63,926 bases of DNA, filler included, from Aduncisulcus paluster (GCA_024181965.1; 41 parts of 41 records of this genome joined end to end with filler, not necessarily neighbours in it), one strand, 5' to 3'. Counted from the whole stretch's first letter, positions 46,157-59,294 are shown. Translations and numbers: made by a program. Notes: a model not told the origin generated them from the letters alone.

Positions 46157-47526
46157 CCATGAAGTTTTTGCGTGACAATCCCGATGCGTTGGAGACAGAC
46201 GATGGTCGCAAGGTATTGCGTCGTTACCGCCGTTTGTCCGAGACATTCAAGAAGTTTGAGGTTCTGTGGCACAAACAATGGGTCACCGTTGCCCACACTG
46301 CCCGCCAAGGATTGCAAGCCACCCTTCTCATCCAGGATCCCAGTAACAAGAGTGATCTCTATGTGAACTTTGACCGCAATGTGATCCAGTTATGTCGTGA
46401 AGCATACCACATGGAACGTCTCGGTCTCGTCGTGCCTGATGCTGCCAAGTCCATTGCCTTGCACGAGAAGATCCTTCTTCGTCACTACGATGCCCTCTCT
46501 CTCCTCCTGAAGGAGCGTTTCCGTGTGCTTGGGAAGATTCCCGAGCTTCTCCAACCCATCATGAAACCATTCACCGACCTTCTTGCCCGTAAGGTCTCCC
46601 CCGGTCTGACGACTTTGACGTGGAGTAGTTTGAATGTTGACCACTTTTTGCGAACCCTCTTCAAGCTTTTGTCCCAGCTCGAGGAGACTGTTGATGCAGC
46701 CATTGATATCCTCAGTGTACGTATCAAGCGGAATATCATGGCCATCTCCAACACTTGTTTCGTGTACTTGCCCTCTGTTGAGAAGGCTGCCGAACCCAGT
46801 ACAACTGGCGTTGAAGACGAGGATGCGGACGTTAAGGTTGAGCCCGAGGTTGTGTACAGTCCAACCATTGAGGAATTCACTACTCTCCAGACCAAGCATG
46901 TTAGTGTTGCTGCTGAGAAAGTGCGTCTTCTCTCCCAACGTGTTGAGCTTGCCACGAGCGATCTTACTGACATGGTCTCGTCCAAATACAGCATCAAGGC
47001 CAATTTGAAGGCCAAGAATGCCATTGATGATCTGCATGAGTTTATCCACGAACAGATTGGTGCTGCTGTTTTCCTTGCCACAGAACGTTCCCTGACAGCC
47101 ATGTCCTTCCGTCTTCCACCTTTGATTGGTCAACGTCGTGCCGTGTCTACCAGCACTGTGACTGATGGGACTGTGTTTGTCGCTGCCCCCTTGTTCCGTG
47201 TCCAAGTCGAGCTGTCAGTCCCCACGATCAAGATGCACCCTGGCTGGGACAAGATCTACAGTGCCATCAACGACACTGTGCAGAGCATCTTGGATGTTGC
47301 TTCCCACATCCCTCAATGGGAGTCCATGGACACTGACATTGGCACAGCCCGTAGTGTTGTGTCTCCCCACCCTCGCACCCTTCGTTCCGTCTCCCCGAGC
47401 ACAGCCACCCTTGCCAATGCCCGTGCAGGTGTCATTTCGTCCTGTGAGAACATCCACAACTTCACTGGCGTTATCTCTTTCGCCCACACCATTGTCCGTA
47501 GCCGTCACATGCTGAAGCTTGTCGCG
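46157..47526 (+). CDS. Dynein heavy chain tail region (axonemal-like), intronless fragment
   Basis: FEVLWHKQW, GLQATLL, LYVNFD...LCREAYHMERLGL, SPGLTTLTWSSLNVD, PLFRVQVEL. Confidence 0.85.
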
Positions 47527-48827
47527 NNNNNNNNNNNNNNNNNNNNNNNNNNNNNNNNNNNNNNNNNNNNTTAATTAATTAANNNNNNNNNNNNNNNNNN
47601 NNNNNNNNNNNNNNNNNNNNNNNNNNAATTTATTCGTTTTTATAGGAGAAAGAGGAAAGGATAGATATATTAGATATAGAACAACTCTCGAACTGATTGG
47701 ATGTTGAATCAAACACTTGAAGATATCCTGAATTACCAGATATACCAATATATTGGTTTGAATCAACACGAATAAAGGGATATACTTTCTCGATCACAGA
47801 TTGTCGCTCAAGTTTAAGGTTTAGAAACGAAATATACCTAATAAAATGATCAAGGTCATCAACAGCCTGTTGCTCTGAGAACCATCAAGTGTAAGCTTGG
47901 TGCAACTGAAGGACAAACGACTCCAGTGAGATGCAAGTAGCTAGCAGGTTCGGTCAAGGTCGTAGAGTTGAGAATCAGGCTCAATCAACGTCAAGGAACC
48001 ACCAACAGTCAAAATCTCGCCTGCAGCATTCCCAGCAAGTTGAGTGCATTGTCACCCATAGTCATGGTTGATCCGGACACAGCAAGTGCATTGGAGGCTA
48101 TCTTTGTACAATTCAATACCTGAATTCCTTGGATTTCTTTGATCTATGTTTGTAAAGACCGGCCAATTGAAGGAGTTTGTCAATATTTAACAGACTCAGT
48201 TCACGACCAATGGAGTCTCATGAAAGTAGATTTTCCAGCACTATTTCTACCAAGAACCACACATTGCCAGGCTTGACATACATACTGATTCATTTCACGG
48301 AATGGATATTTCCATTTTGATAAATGATATGTGTATCTTCTTGGACATGATAAATAATACAAAAAGTATATTGGATAGTATCTAATATCATGATTACTTT
48401 GATTTTTTTTTAATATAATCTATTATTTTTGACAAAAACAAACACTTCGAATCAGCTACTTTTTGGAATGAGAATAAAGTACAAAATATCTCCGGAACTA
48501 ATAAGCAATTTAACTTAATATATATATATTTTATTTAGTTTTGATATTACCTTAATAAATACCGACCTCCTGAGTAGTGCTCAAAAACGGCATTAGAATT
48601 GCTCTACGACGATGTTTACTTTTTTTTGTCGGTTNNNNNNNNNNNNNNNNNNNNNNNNNNNNNNNNNNNNNNNNNNNNTTAATTAATTAANNNNNNNNNN
48701 NNNNNNNNNNNNNNNNNNNNNNNNNNNNNNNNNNTTATCTTTATGTTTAGGTTTTACCTTAGCTTCATTTTCTGTTTCTATAGCTATCTCTTCGTTTGTA
48801 TTTTTGTTTTCCATAAAATTTAGTTTC

Positions 48828-49445
48828 TTATTTTATATATGTACAACAATAATCTGTTGGTTCATTTACTTTTATATCAAAACTTGAGTTTGCAGGTACT
48901 TCAAAATATTCACCACCTTTAATATACTCAACATTACCCTCTTCGCCTTTGATCTCTACTTCAACATTTCCAGCGATAATTTCCATATGTTCTGCATCGT
49001 CTGTACTAAAAGTATAACTTCCTGGCATCATGATACCTAGTGTTTTTCTCTCTCCATTTGATTCATATACTGTTCTACTTGTAACATTTCCTTCAAAATA
49101 GATATTTGCTTTTTTGATGATACTTGCATTTCCAAACTCTTTACTTGGCTGCTCTTTTTCAATCTCATAGTCAACCACTTTTGTATGCGTATCTAACGAT
49201 TTTACAAAAGTTACAAACTCTACATGTTTTTCATGGCTAGCATAGTCCTGAAGTGCTTCCTTACTATCAACGATAACTGTTAATGCAATATCAAAAGCTC
49301 TCTCTTCTTCTGCAAAGTTCACACCAACTTCTAATGCTCTTACAAAATCAATCTCTTCTTTAAGATTGTTTAGTTTTTCAACTATTAAATCTTGTTGTTC
49401 CATACCCTCTTCTGATAACTTAAAAAATACTAAATGTTTAACCAT
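48828..49445 (-). CDS. ppnP: Fusion of a Dabb (stress-responsive A/B barrel) domain and pyrimidine/purine nucleoside phosphorylase
   Basis: N-terminal MVKHLVFFKL...YASHEKH...VVDYE; C-terminal KANIYFEGNVTSRT, KTLGIMMPG, FEVPANSSF, DYCCTY. Confidence 0.85.
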   Translation of the reverse strand: MVKHLVFFKLSEEGMEQQDLIVEKLNNLKEEIDFVRALEVGVNFAEEERAFDIALTVIVDSKEALQDYASHEKHVEFVTFVKSLDTHTKVVDYEIEKEQPSKEFGNASIIKKANIYFEGNVTSRTVYESNGERKTLGIMMPGSYTFSTDDAEHMEIIAGNVEVEIKGEEGNVEYIKGGEYFEVPANSSFDIKVNEPTDYCCTYIK

Positions 49446-49565
49446 TTTATCTCCTTATTTACTTTTTGGAGTATATCAATTTATCACTTAATATATGAAT
49501 TATTGCTGTATTTTACTGGAAATTTTTGAGAAATTTTTTATCTTACTCCTATATGCTTTGCTTCT

Positions 49566-49746
49566 TTATCTATAGTTTGGCTCTCTATTAAGTTGCATAA
49601 CAGCTAAAATAACTATTTTATTATCTCTTTGATAATAAATTATTCCAAATGGAAATCTATTTGTTAAACACCTCATATGAAAACTCCAAAAATTTAAATT
49701 TGCAAATTTACTTTTATAAATAGGCATATTCAAAATTAGAGTATTG
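49566..49746 (-). pseudogene. RelE/ParE toxin-like C-terminal fragment, possibly degenerate
   Basis: RCLTNRFPFGIIYYQRDNKIVILAVMQLNREPNY. Confidence 0.55.
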
Positions 49747-49846
49747 NNNNNNNNNNNNNNNNNNNNNNNNNNNNNNNNNNNNNNNNNNNNTTAATTAATT
49801 AANNNNNNNNNNNNNNNNNNNNNNNNNNNNNNNNNNNNNNNNNNNN

Positions 49847-50668
49847 ATTCATCAAGCAGATGATGTGATCAGTATGAATGATCATGCTACAGATGCTTTA
49901 AAAAGAAAAGACAGCACAGCATATCAAGCAATTGAACTTGTAAGAACAGGTGAAGCTAATGCCTATGTAAGTGCTGGTCATAGTGGCGCATCTATGAGTT
50001 TAGCAACACTTAGAATAGGAAGAATTAAAGGTGTAAGTAGACCTGCTATTGCTACATTGATGCCAACTGTAAGTGGAACTACTTTAGTTTTAGATGTTGG
50101 GGCAAATGTTGATTGTGACTCTAAAAACCTATGTGAATTTGCAATTATGGGGCAAGTATATGCTGAAGATGTTTTAGCAGTTGAAAATCCTATGACAGGA
50201 TTATTAAGTAACGGTGAAGAAGAGTCAAAAGGAAACGAAGTTTCAAAAGAAGCATTTAAAATGCTAGAAAATCTTCCAAACTTTATAGGTAATGTTGAGG
50301 GAAATGATATCTTCAATGGTACAGTTGATGTAGTTGCTTGTGATGGTTTTATAGGTAATATTATGTTAAAAACAGCAGAAGGTGTAGCTGATACTATTGG
50401 AAAAATTATCAAAGATAATTTAAGAAGATCTTTAGTTTCTATTGCAGGTGCAGTCTTAATGAGAAAAGTTTTTAAGAAATTGAAACTAAAAGTTGATTAT
50501 GCTGAATATGGAGGTGCTCCACTAATTGGGGTAAAAGCTCCTGTAATTATTGCACATGGAAAATCTAATGCTAAAGCTATGCAAAACGCTATTTTCCAAG
50601 CTATAGCTGCTGCTGATTCAAATCTAAATCAAGATATAGAAGATAAATTAAAACAATTTAAGGATTAA
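49847..50668 (+). CDS. plsX: Phosphate acyltransferase, 5' truncated
   Basis: [40 protein letters not shown]. Confidence 0.96.
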   Translation: MHQADDVISMNDHATDALKRKDSTAYQAIELVRTGEANAYVSAGHSGASMSLATLRIGRIKGVSRPAIATLMPTVSGTTLVLDVGANVDCDSKNLCEFAIMGQVYAEDVLAVENPMTGLLSNGEEESKGNEVSKEAFKMLENLPNFIGNVEGNDIFNGTVDVVACDGFIGNIMLKTAEGVADTIGKIIKDNLRRSLVSIAGAVLMRKVFKKLKLKVDYAEYGGAPLIGVKAPVIIAHGKSNAKAMQNAIFQAIAAADSNLNQDIEDKLKQFKD

Positions 50669-50671
50669 ATT

Positions 50672-51277
50672 ATGTATGCTTCATTTAAATCTATAGGGGC
50701 ATATTTGCCTAAAGAAGTTAGAACAAACCAATGGTTTGCTGATAAAATTGATACGACAGATGAATGGATTTTTAAAAGAACAGGGATTAAAGAACGGTTA
50801 ATAGCTGCTCCTGATGAAAATACAAGTGATTTGGGTGTTAAAGCTTCTAGAGTTGCTATTGAGCGTGCTTGTATAGATGTGAGTGAAATAGATTTAGTAA
50901 TTTGTGCAACATTAAGTCCAGACTTTAGTGCAATGCCTGCAACAGCTTGTTTGATAGCTGATAAATTAGGTATTAAAAATGTTATGGCATTTGATATTAG
51001 TGCAGCTTGTACAGGTTTTGTTTATGCTGTAAGTGTTGCAAAAGCATTTGTAGAATCAGGTATGAAAAAAAATGTACTGATTGTTGGTGCAGAAAAAGCT
51101 AGTAATGTTATGGACTATACTGATAGAAGTATTTGTATGTTATTTGGAGATGGTGCAGGTGCTGCTATTATCTCAACTACAGATGATAAAGAAAAATCTA
51201 TAGTTGATGTTCAGTGTAGTGCTGATGGTGCATTGAGTGATATTCTTTATATTCCTGGTGTTGGAAGCGCAGATGAA
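50672..51277 (+). CDS. fabH: Beta-ketoacyl-ACP synthase III, truncated
   Basis: [34 protein letters not shown]. Confidence 0.96.
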
Positions 51278-51377
51278 NNNNNNNNNNNNNNNNNNNNNNN
51301 NNNNNNNNNNNNNNNNNNNNNTTAATTAATTAANNNNNNNNNNNNNNNNNNNNNNNNNNNNNNNNNNNNNNNNNNNN

Positions 51378-52446
51378 CCAATACTTGTCTATCAAATCTA
51401 CCTGGTCTTAATAAAGCAGGATCTAATATTTCAGGTCTATTCGTAGCAGCCAAAATAATAACAGGCGCACCATCTCCACTAAATCCATCCATCTCAGCTA
51501 GTAATTGATTTAGAGTTTGTTCTCTCTCATCATTACCACCCATTCCGCCAGATGCTCTACTTTTACCAATAGCATCAATCTCATCTATAAAAATAATCGC
51601 TGGAGCATTTTTCTTAGCTTGTTCAAATAGATCTCGTACACGACTTGCACCAACACCTACAAACATCTCAATAAAGCTAGATCCAGTCACACTTAAAAAC
51701 TCAACATCAGCTTCACCAGCAACTGCTTTAGCAAGTAAAGTTTTACCCGTACCTGGAGGTCCTACTAAAAGTACACCTTTTGGAATTTGAGCTCCAAGAT
51801 TTACATATCTATCTGGATTTCTTAAGAATTCAACTATTTCTGATACTTCTTCTTTTGCTTCTTTATTTCCCGCCATATCTGAAAATTTTACTTTTGGTTT
51901 TTCAGAATTAATCATTTTTTTAGCGCCACCCATACCAAGAATTCCACCGGCACCACCACCCATAGACTTTGACATTCTTCTTGCTAAAAACATCCAAATT
52001 GCGAAAAAGAAAAATAATGGTAAAACCCAACCAAAAAGCATATCAGCCAATAGATTTTGTTCATTTACTCCACCATAATTGATTCCCTGTTTTTCTAATA
52101 CAGGAATTAGAGTATCATCAACACCAACTTTTCTTGCTGTATAAGTTGTTACAACTCCACCAATTGGTTTTGTAATAGCTTTAATATTTGTTTCACCAAT
52201 ACCAACATATTCTATTTGACCATTGTTAATCATTTTTTTCACTTCAGAATATGCAATTGTTTTATTTACACTTTTGCCATATACTGATGTTCCTGTATTT
52301 GTTCCCATCTCATTTTCTGGGAAAAAACTTTTAAAAGCCATTATTGTTACTATTGAAAATACAATAAATACTACTAATGGATTCTTATCAAAAAAGCCAT
52401 TTGGATTTTTATTATCGTTCTTATTATTGTTATTTTTATTACTCAT
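51378..52446 (-). CDS. ftsH: ATP-dependent zinc metalloprotease FtsH, truncated
   Basis: Two TM helices, [37 protein letters not shown]. Confidence 0.97.
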
Positions 52447-52969
52447 TATTTCCCTTTTCTAACTATTAAAGTTATCCATTCATTTTGCTGTAACTCTTCT
52501 ACAATTTTGCAATCTTTAAATTTATTTAAAACTTTTTGTTTATGCTGTTCCATAATTCCAGATAATATAATAATACCATCTTCTTTTGATATCTTTTTAA
52601 GATCTGAAGCTATCATTGCTAAAACATCGGCTACTATATTAGCAATTACAACATCATATTGCTTTTTAGTTCCATTTGCAGAACCTTCCCAGAAATGATT
52701 AATTGTTGCATTATTTGCTTTAAAATTTTTAATAGCATCATCAACAGCAACTATATCAGTATCACAGATATCAACTGAAGCTCCAGATTTAGATGCTGCT
52801 ATTGCTAATATACCACTTCCTGTACCAATATCAGCAACCGTAGATCCATTTTCAACATATTTTTCAATAGCTTTTAAACAACAATTTGTTGTTTCATGAT
52901 GTCCTGAACCAAATGCAAGTGTTGGGTCAATGAGAATATTAACCATATCATTCATAGGCTCACTCCAAC
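52446..52969 (-). CDS. prmA: Ribosomal protein L11 methyltransferase, 5' truncated
   Basis: [37 protein letters not shown]. Confidence 0.96.
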
Positions 52970-53069
52970 NNNNNNNNNNNNNNNNNNNNNNNNNNNNNNN
53001 NNNNNNNNNNNNNTTAATTAATTAANNNNNNNNNNNNNNNNNNNNNNNNNNNNNNNNNNNNNNNNNNNN

Positions 53070-54017
53070 AAAAAACTCAAAAAAGAGCAGTGTTTTTCAC
53101 CAAAAGCTTCGATGCTTGTCAATGGATATTCTAGACTACATCAAGAATTTGAGTCTACACTTTGTAAACTCAATAGATTTGAAAGCGGAATTGTTGTGGG
53201 AAGTGGCTTTTTGGCTAATATATCTTTAATAGAGAGTTTAATACGAAAAAGAGATATATTATTTATCGATGAACAGTATCACGCAAGTGGTATGTTAGCT
53301 ACAAAATTAGTTCAAGGTGAAGTTATAATTTTTAAACACAATGATACAGAAGATTTAAAAAGGAAGATAAGCGCATTATCGTATATCCCAAATAGAATTA
53401 TTATAGCTATAGAGGGTGTGTACTCAATGGCTGGAGATATTGCACCAAAAGAGTTCAATGATATTGCTACTAAAAACAATGCAATACTTTTAGTAGACGA
53501 AGCGCATAGTTCAGGAGTGATAGGGAAAAACCTCTTAGGTTGGTTTGATTATCATGATATAGTACCACAACAAAATCATATAAAAATGGGAACACTAGGT
53601 AAAGCCTATGCAAGTTATGGGGCTTATATTTTGGCTTCTGATAGTATCATCTCTTTTTTAGAAAATAGGGCAAAACCTATTATTTATGGTACTGCACCAT
53701 CATTGTTTGATATCGCTTTAGCTTTAACAAATTTAAAGTATTTGCAAAAAAATAAAAACAAGATTAGAAAAAAAATACAAGGAAATCAAAATATAGTAAA
53801 AAAATATTTACACATTGATCCAAAATCGTTAATTGTTCCTATCGAAATAGCAGATAACATAAAAGTGATGCAGATCCAAGAAAATCTCATATCCAAAGGT
53901 TATTTAGTTGGGGCTATTCGTCAACCAACAGTACAAAAAGCAATTATTCGATTGATTATAAAGTTAGATATAAAAAAGAAAGATTTAAAAGAAGTGTTAA
54001 GATACCTAAAAGTTTAG
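53070..54017 (+). CDS. bioF: 8-amino-7-oxononanoate synthase, 5' truncated
   Basis: SGFLAN, FKHND, EGVYSMAGD, VDEAH, GTLGKAY, AIRQPTV. Confidence 0.88.
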   Translation, partial: KKLKKEQCFSPKASMLVNGYSRLHQEFESTLCKLNRFESGIVVGSGFLANISLIESLIRKRDILFIDEQYHASGMLATKLVQGEVIIFKHNDTEDLKRKISALSYIPNRIIIAIEGVYSMAGDIAPKEFNDIATKNNAILLVDEAHSSGVIGKNLLGWFDYHDIVPQQNHIKMGTLGKAYASYGAYILASDSIISFLENRAKPIIYGTAPSLFDIALALTNLKYLQKNKNKIRKKIQGNQNIVKKYLHIDPKSLIVPIEIADNIKVMQIQENLISKGYLVGAIRQPTVQKAIIRLIIKLDIKKKDLKEVLRYLKV

Positions 54018-54029
54018 GTATCTTGTTAT

Positions 54030-54156
54030 TTATTCTACTTCTTTTCTTGGCTGTGGCAAGATAAGATTTAGAAAAATCCCCATAATAGCACCAAGACCAA
54101 TACCAGAAAAAGATACTGCTCCAAAATTAAAAGTCATTCCACCAATTGCAAATACT
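54030..54156 (-). CDS. Uracil/xanthine permease C-terminus
   Basis: VFAIGGMTFNFGAVSFSGIGLGAIMGIFLNLILP. Confidence 0.7.
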
Positions 54157-54256
54157 NNNNNNNNNNNNNNNNNNNNNNNNNNNNNNNNNNNNNNNNNNNN
54201 TTAATTAATTAANNNNNNNNNNNNNNNNNNNNNNNNNNNNNNNNNNNNNNNNNNNN

Positions 54257-54540
54257 CCCCAGAATATAATGGAGTGATGCCTCCTGTTTTAAACAATGCT
54301 ATGGCATGGACTTCTCGATCAACAGATTGTTGGAGAGATGCTTTTAATGATAAAACAGTAGGACTAGCAACTCACAGTGGTGGAGGTGGAGAAAAAGGTC
54401 TTCAAGCTATGAGATTGATGTACCAACACTTGGGTGCTAATATTTTAGCAAGAGAACTACTAACAACTTATGAAAAACCACTCAACCAAGAAACTGCAAA
54501 CCTAATGATTGAGCAATTAGTAAAACTTTCTAAAGACTAA
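54257..54540 (+). CDS. NADPH-dependent FMN reductase C-terminus
   Basis: PEYNGVMPPVLNNAMAWTSR, ATHSGGGG. Confidence 0.85.
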
Positions 54541-54625
54541 TAGTTTTGTCTTTAGAACTAAGACACAATTTTAGGATTTTTTAACAATACATCTAGTACC
54601 ATCTTAAAAAGAATTAAGGTAAGAG

Positions 54626-55331
54626 ATGTCAAAAAAGAACTCTGTAATTTTCGCTATATCATCTTTATTTTTTTCCATTAGTTTTCTCTCGATTGGCTAT
54701 GGAATGATCATGACATTTGTTGGTATTTTTCTTAAAGAAAATGGCTCAACAGATATGGTTATCGGGATTATCAATGCTGCATTTTTTTTAGGTGCTATGG
54801 CATCTTCTATTTTTAGCCAAAAAATAATCTCTAGTGTTGGTCATATACGAAGTTTTGTGACCTTTGCTTCTTTGATGGTTATAACATTTTTACTTCATGC
54901 TTTATTTCTAAACGAATTTTTTTGGACGATTCTACGGTTTGTTTCAGGTTTTGCTTACTATGGGTTACTTATCATTCTAGAAAGCTGGCTCAATGAAAAA
55001 AGTACCAATGAACAAAGAGGTCAGATACTAGCAATTTATACAACGATTTTCTATTTAGCAACAGCTCTTGGTCAGTTACTTCTAAATATTAATGAAGATT
55101 TTAAACATATGATTTTTTCTATAGGTGCTATTTTAGTTCTTTTTTCTGTTATATTTATAGCAATGACAAAAATAAAAGAACCTGTTTTACAACCATTTGA
55201 AAGATATAGTTTTCCAAAACTTTATAATATTGTTCCATTATCAGTAACAGGAAGTTTCATCGGTGGTTTTTTAATTGGTGGTTTTTTTACAATGATCCCT
55301 TTATATATATTAAACACTTTTGACTCAAAAG
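54626..55331 (+). CDS. MFS transporter (YcaD-like), truncated
   Basis: VGHIRSF, ESWLN, RGQILAIY. Confidence 0.85.
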
Positions 55332-55431
55332 NNNNNNNNNNNNNNNNNNNNNNNNNNNNNNNNNNNNNNNNNNNNTTAATTAATTAANNNNNNNNNNNNN
55401 NNNNNNNNNNNNNNNNNNNNNNNNNNNNNNN

Positions 55432-56970
55432 GAGTTTTTCATAAAGGTTTGTCAATAACTCATTCACATATTGGGTTCCACGATCAGATCGAACTCTGTT
55501 TGGTAATCCGAATCGTCCAAATATTCCAGATATCAAAGCGTCGGCAGCATCGGTGGCTTTTGCTCTCTTCGTTGGAACTATTTCAGTCCATCTAGTAAAA
55601 CAATCGACCATCACGATCAGGTATCTCGAACCGGCTTTGCTCGGCATAATCGGCCCAACGGTGTCAATTGCAACGGTATCAAACGGTGTACTCACGGTGG
55701 TGTCTTTCATCATGAGTTTTACAAGTCGTCTGGCTTTCATCTTTTGACAAATTCCACATTTCAGAATGTAGGATCGAGCTTCTTCTTTTGCATTTCTCAG
55801 GTATAGCTTTTTGTCTTTCAGATGGTCTATCATTTGTCCAATTCCCACATGACCAGCGAATGCATTGTCATGGGCATCACTTAAGACTTCTTTAACAAGG
55901 GCTTTATCTTCTGAAGGTATAATCGCACAACCTCTTCTCACATAAAGGCCGTTTCTTTTGTCAAGGTTTTCAGTATCTTTCAGGTATGCAGTTTGACTGG
56001 TTTTCAGGCGAGCGAGCCATTTCTCGTGCCGTTTCTTCGTTAAAATCCTTCGGCTGGTTTCTGTTTCTTCGGTTTGTACCAGATGTACAGCCGGGAGTTT
56101 CGGTTTGTCGGTCACGCCGTCAATATACACAGGCGGACAATCTTTCGAGGGTTTCAACGGTTTCTTGAAGGTTTTCACATGGTTCGGTCTATGACGTATC
56201 AGGTCTGCATCATGTTCATCATTTGGTATCTGGTCTACTTTCACCACTTGATGTCCAAGCCTTGATAGAGCATCTGCCAGCTGGTTTTGTCTTCCTTTCA
56301 CATGAACTGAATCAAATGTGAAATCGGCAAGGAATGTTCTCCATCGTTCAACTTTTGCTGAACTTCTGGTGTGAATGTACAAAAGGTTTTGATGGTCTGT
56401 ATGTAATGTGAATTTTCTTCCTCTCAGATGGTATTCAGCCTTTGAGATACAATAAAAGATTGCATAAGCTTCTTTTTCTGTTGTGGTGTGCTTCGCTTCT
56501 TGAGATGTTAAGGTTTTGCTCATAAATGTGATCACTCCAGGTCTTTCTAATTTCTCATCATCCTTATCAAACTGTAATAAAGCACCACCGATTCCAACGT
56601 CCGAGGCGTCCGTGAAAAGGTGTAAATCTTTGTTCTCTCTCACGTGCTCAAGTCTTGTATTAAGTTCGAGAACCTCAATCACCCGCTTAGCAGCTGATTG
56701 CGCTCTATCGGACCAGACGAACTTCGATTTTGAGGGTAACATCGATGTTAATGGTTTCAATATTTCAGCATAATAAGGGATATAGTCTTTCAGGTATGTC
56801 ACAGAGCCAATAAAACTCCGAAGGTCTTTCTTGGATTTCAAAGCTTTCATTCTTTTTAGCACAGCGAGTTTCTTCGGGCATCGTCTTATTCCCAGACCAG
56901 AGATTCTGAATCCTAAGAATTCAACTTCTTCTGCTCCCACGATGGTTTTGTCAAGGTTTACCTTCATATT
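55432..56970 (-). mobile_element. Ty3/gypsy pol fragment: RT end, RNase H, integrase
   Basis: FLGF; FTDASDVGIGG, EKEAYAI, HTDHQNL, ADALSR; HHCC (AHDNAFAGH...CGIC); IDTVGP, SDRGTQY. Confidence 0.96.
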
Positions 56971-57070
56971 NNNNNNNNNNNNNNNNNNNNNNNNNNNNNN
57001 NNNNNNNNNNNNNNTTAATTAATTAANNNNNNNNNNNNNNNNNNNNNNNNNNNNNNNNNNNNNNNNNNNN

Positions 57071-58787
57071 TTCAAAAAAGTGTTTACATACTTATCTGTT
57101 GCATTTATGGCATGTGCTTCAATCATACCATTTTGTATTGTTGCTATAACTTTTGTATCATCTTTTATCATTTTAAATTTCAAATCATTTTTATCTGTTT
57201 GGAGGCGTAAATTTTCAAAGTCAAGTGTGTATGAATTGTAGTTTAAAATACTATTATTGTACGATACTTCTAGTTTAGGAAAAACTGGCAGTTCAAACTT
57301 TTCTTTTGTATTTAAAAATGATTGAAAATAACTATTATTGATGTCAAGGTTTATATTATTTATAGCAATTATAGTATCATTTAGATCTGTAGAGTGTACC
57401 TCAATAGTACCCTTTTTTTTGGAATCATGATCGACAAATGTGAAAGCATCGATTAACCTATTTGGGTTATTTATTTTTAGAGTGTGTCTGTTGTTTTGTT
57501 TATCTTTAAAATAATAAAGTTCTAATTCTGGAACTATTATTGATGTGTTGTGTTCAAAACCCATATCATAAGAGATGTTTTTGTGACTAACATCTAAAAG
57601 ATTATCATATTTTAAACTGTTTATTTTTACAATTCCAAAAGAGGTATTTGAATCAAAATCTGTCTTATTTGTAAATTTTAAATCTATAGAATCAGTTTCA
57701 TTAGTATCCGTAATATTACCTTTAAGACTCATATTTAAGTCTTCAAAATTAGCATTTAAACTATTCAATTTTAACTCAATATCATCATATTTTAGATTCA
57801 TAGCTTCTGTGAATATATTGGTAGTGATTGTTTCATCAAAAAGTACATTGTAGCCAATTTGAGAATTTGTAAAATTTATATCTTTATATTTGTAATTATT
57901 AAGATAAAAATCTCCTTTGAGAATATTTTCATTGATATCATAATGTAAAAGAAGATTTGTTACATCAAATTTGTGTCCATATGATTCTATGATAGTGTCT
58001 TTACTTTTTACATCGGTTTCTATAAAAAATTTACCTTGAGAAAATGGAATAAAAATATTGGTTGAGAGTTGATTTTTTCCACTATGTTGTATAATCGGTA
58101 TATCTATATCGTATCGCAATAATATATTTTTGAGAGAATCATTAAACAAGCTAGTTGTTTTGAGGTATAGCTTTAGCGTATTTGTATCTAAAAGATAACT
58201 TACTTCACTATTTGTCATATCTATAGTATCGTAAAATGGTTTTTCAAAAGTTAAATCTATTTNNNNNNNNNNNNNNNNNNNNNNNNNNNNNNNNNNNNNN
58301 NNNNNNNNNNNNNNNNNNNNNNNNNNNNNNNNNNNNNNNNNNNNNNNNNNNNNNNNNNNNNNNNNNNNNNNNNNNNNNNNNNNNNNNNNNNNNNNNNNNN
58401 NNNNNNNNNNNNNNNNNNNNNNNNNNNNNNNNNNNNNNNNNNNNNNNNTTCTAAATCAATAGTATCTAAATCTAAAAATACAGTTCCTTGAACTTCTAAA
58501 TCAGTACCTACTAATTCAAAATGTTTAACATCAATTGTAAAAATATTGTTTAGATAATTAAGAGTGAAATCTGCTTTCATCTGGGCAATGCTTTTTGAAT
58601 CTTTGTCTAAAATAGAAATTTTAGAAGTAGAAATATTTAGCTTTTTATTATATTTTAGATACAATTTTTCTATATTTATATTTTTATATGAGATATTTTC
58701 AATCTCTATTCCAATAAATAAAGAGGCCATAACTATCAAACTAATTCCACTAAGTAAAATTAAGTTAAATTTTATGATTTTAAACAT
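57071..58787 (-). CDS. Large AsmA/YhdP-like envelope protein (Campylobacterota), gapped and truncated
   Basis: N-terminal TM, GIEIENIS...IEKLYLKYNKKL; divergent from mltG. Confidence 0.7.
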
Positions 58788-58888
58788 TCTTGAATTGTTC
58801 CTTGTAGTTATTGTTGTCTTGTTTTTTTATTTTACGCAAGATGTAAAAACATCAAGAGTTATCTTTATACCGCAAGGCACTTCTAATT
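58774..58888 (+). CDS. mltG: Endolytic transglycosylase N-terminus
   Basis: TM helix, then FYFTQDVKTSRVIFIPQGT. Confidence 0.65.
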
Positions 58889-58988
58889 NNNNNNNNNNNN
58901 NNNNNNNNNNNNNNNNNNNNNNNNNNNNNNNNTTAATTAATTAANNNNNNNNNNNNNNNNNNNNNNNNNNNNNNNNNNNNNNNNNNNN

Positions 58989-59294
58989 CATTCCACACAG
59001 CAAGCATTTATGCAACAGCAACAACAAGCAATGTTGAGACAGCAACATGCTGCAGCAATCGCTAAACAACAGCGTGATCTTGCTATTCTCCAAGGACCCT
59101 CCACTGGAATGCCAACGGCTCCATACGTCCATCAAGAAATGCCAGCTTCAACCAGTGATATCACATTGCCAGCCTCAACTACTCTTCCAATTATGCCTAC
59201 TCCCACAGTTGGAATGGTTCCCACTCCAACTGGGATTTCGGGAAGCACCCCAGAAATTCATTCAATGCCCGTGGCTACCTATGATTCAGTGTAA
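58989..59294 (+). CDS. Gln/Pro-rich eukaryotic protein C-terminus
   Basis: Open frame to TAA, followed by an AT-rich 3' region. Confidence 0.5.
   Translation, partial: HSTQQAFMQQQQQAMLRQQHAAAIAKQQRDLAILQGPSTGMPTAPYVHQEMPASTSDITLPASTTLPIMPTPTVGMVPTPTGISGSTPEIHSMPVATYDSV

Noticed and set aside
47627-48634. Possible minus-strand gene on this contig
   Set aside because: Only short interrupted frames with no recognisable motif; cannot support a call.
58774-58787. Head-to-head overlap of mltG and the AsmA-like gene
   Set aside because: Matches an arrangement recalled from Campylobacterales, and the exact starts are uncertain; not novel.
58989-59294. Hexamitid-type TAA/TAG=Gln genetic code in the eukaryote
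   Set aside because: The Gln-rich ORF uses only CAA/CAG and ends in TAA, and the dynein and kinase frames have no internal TAR.
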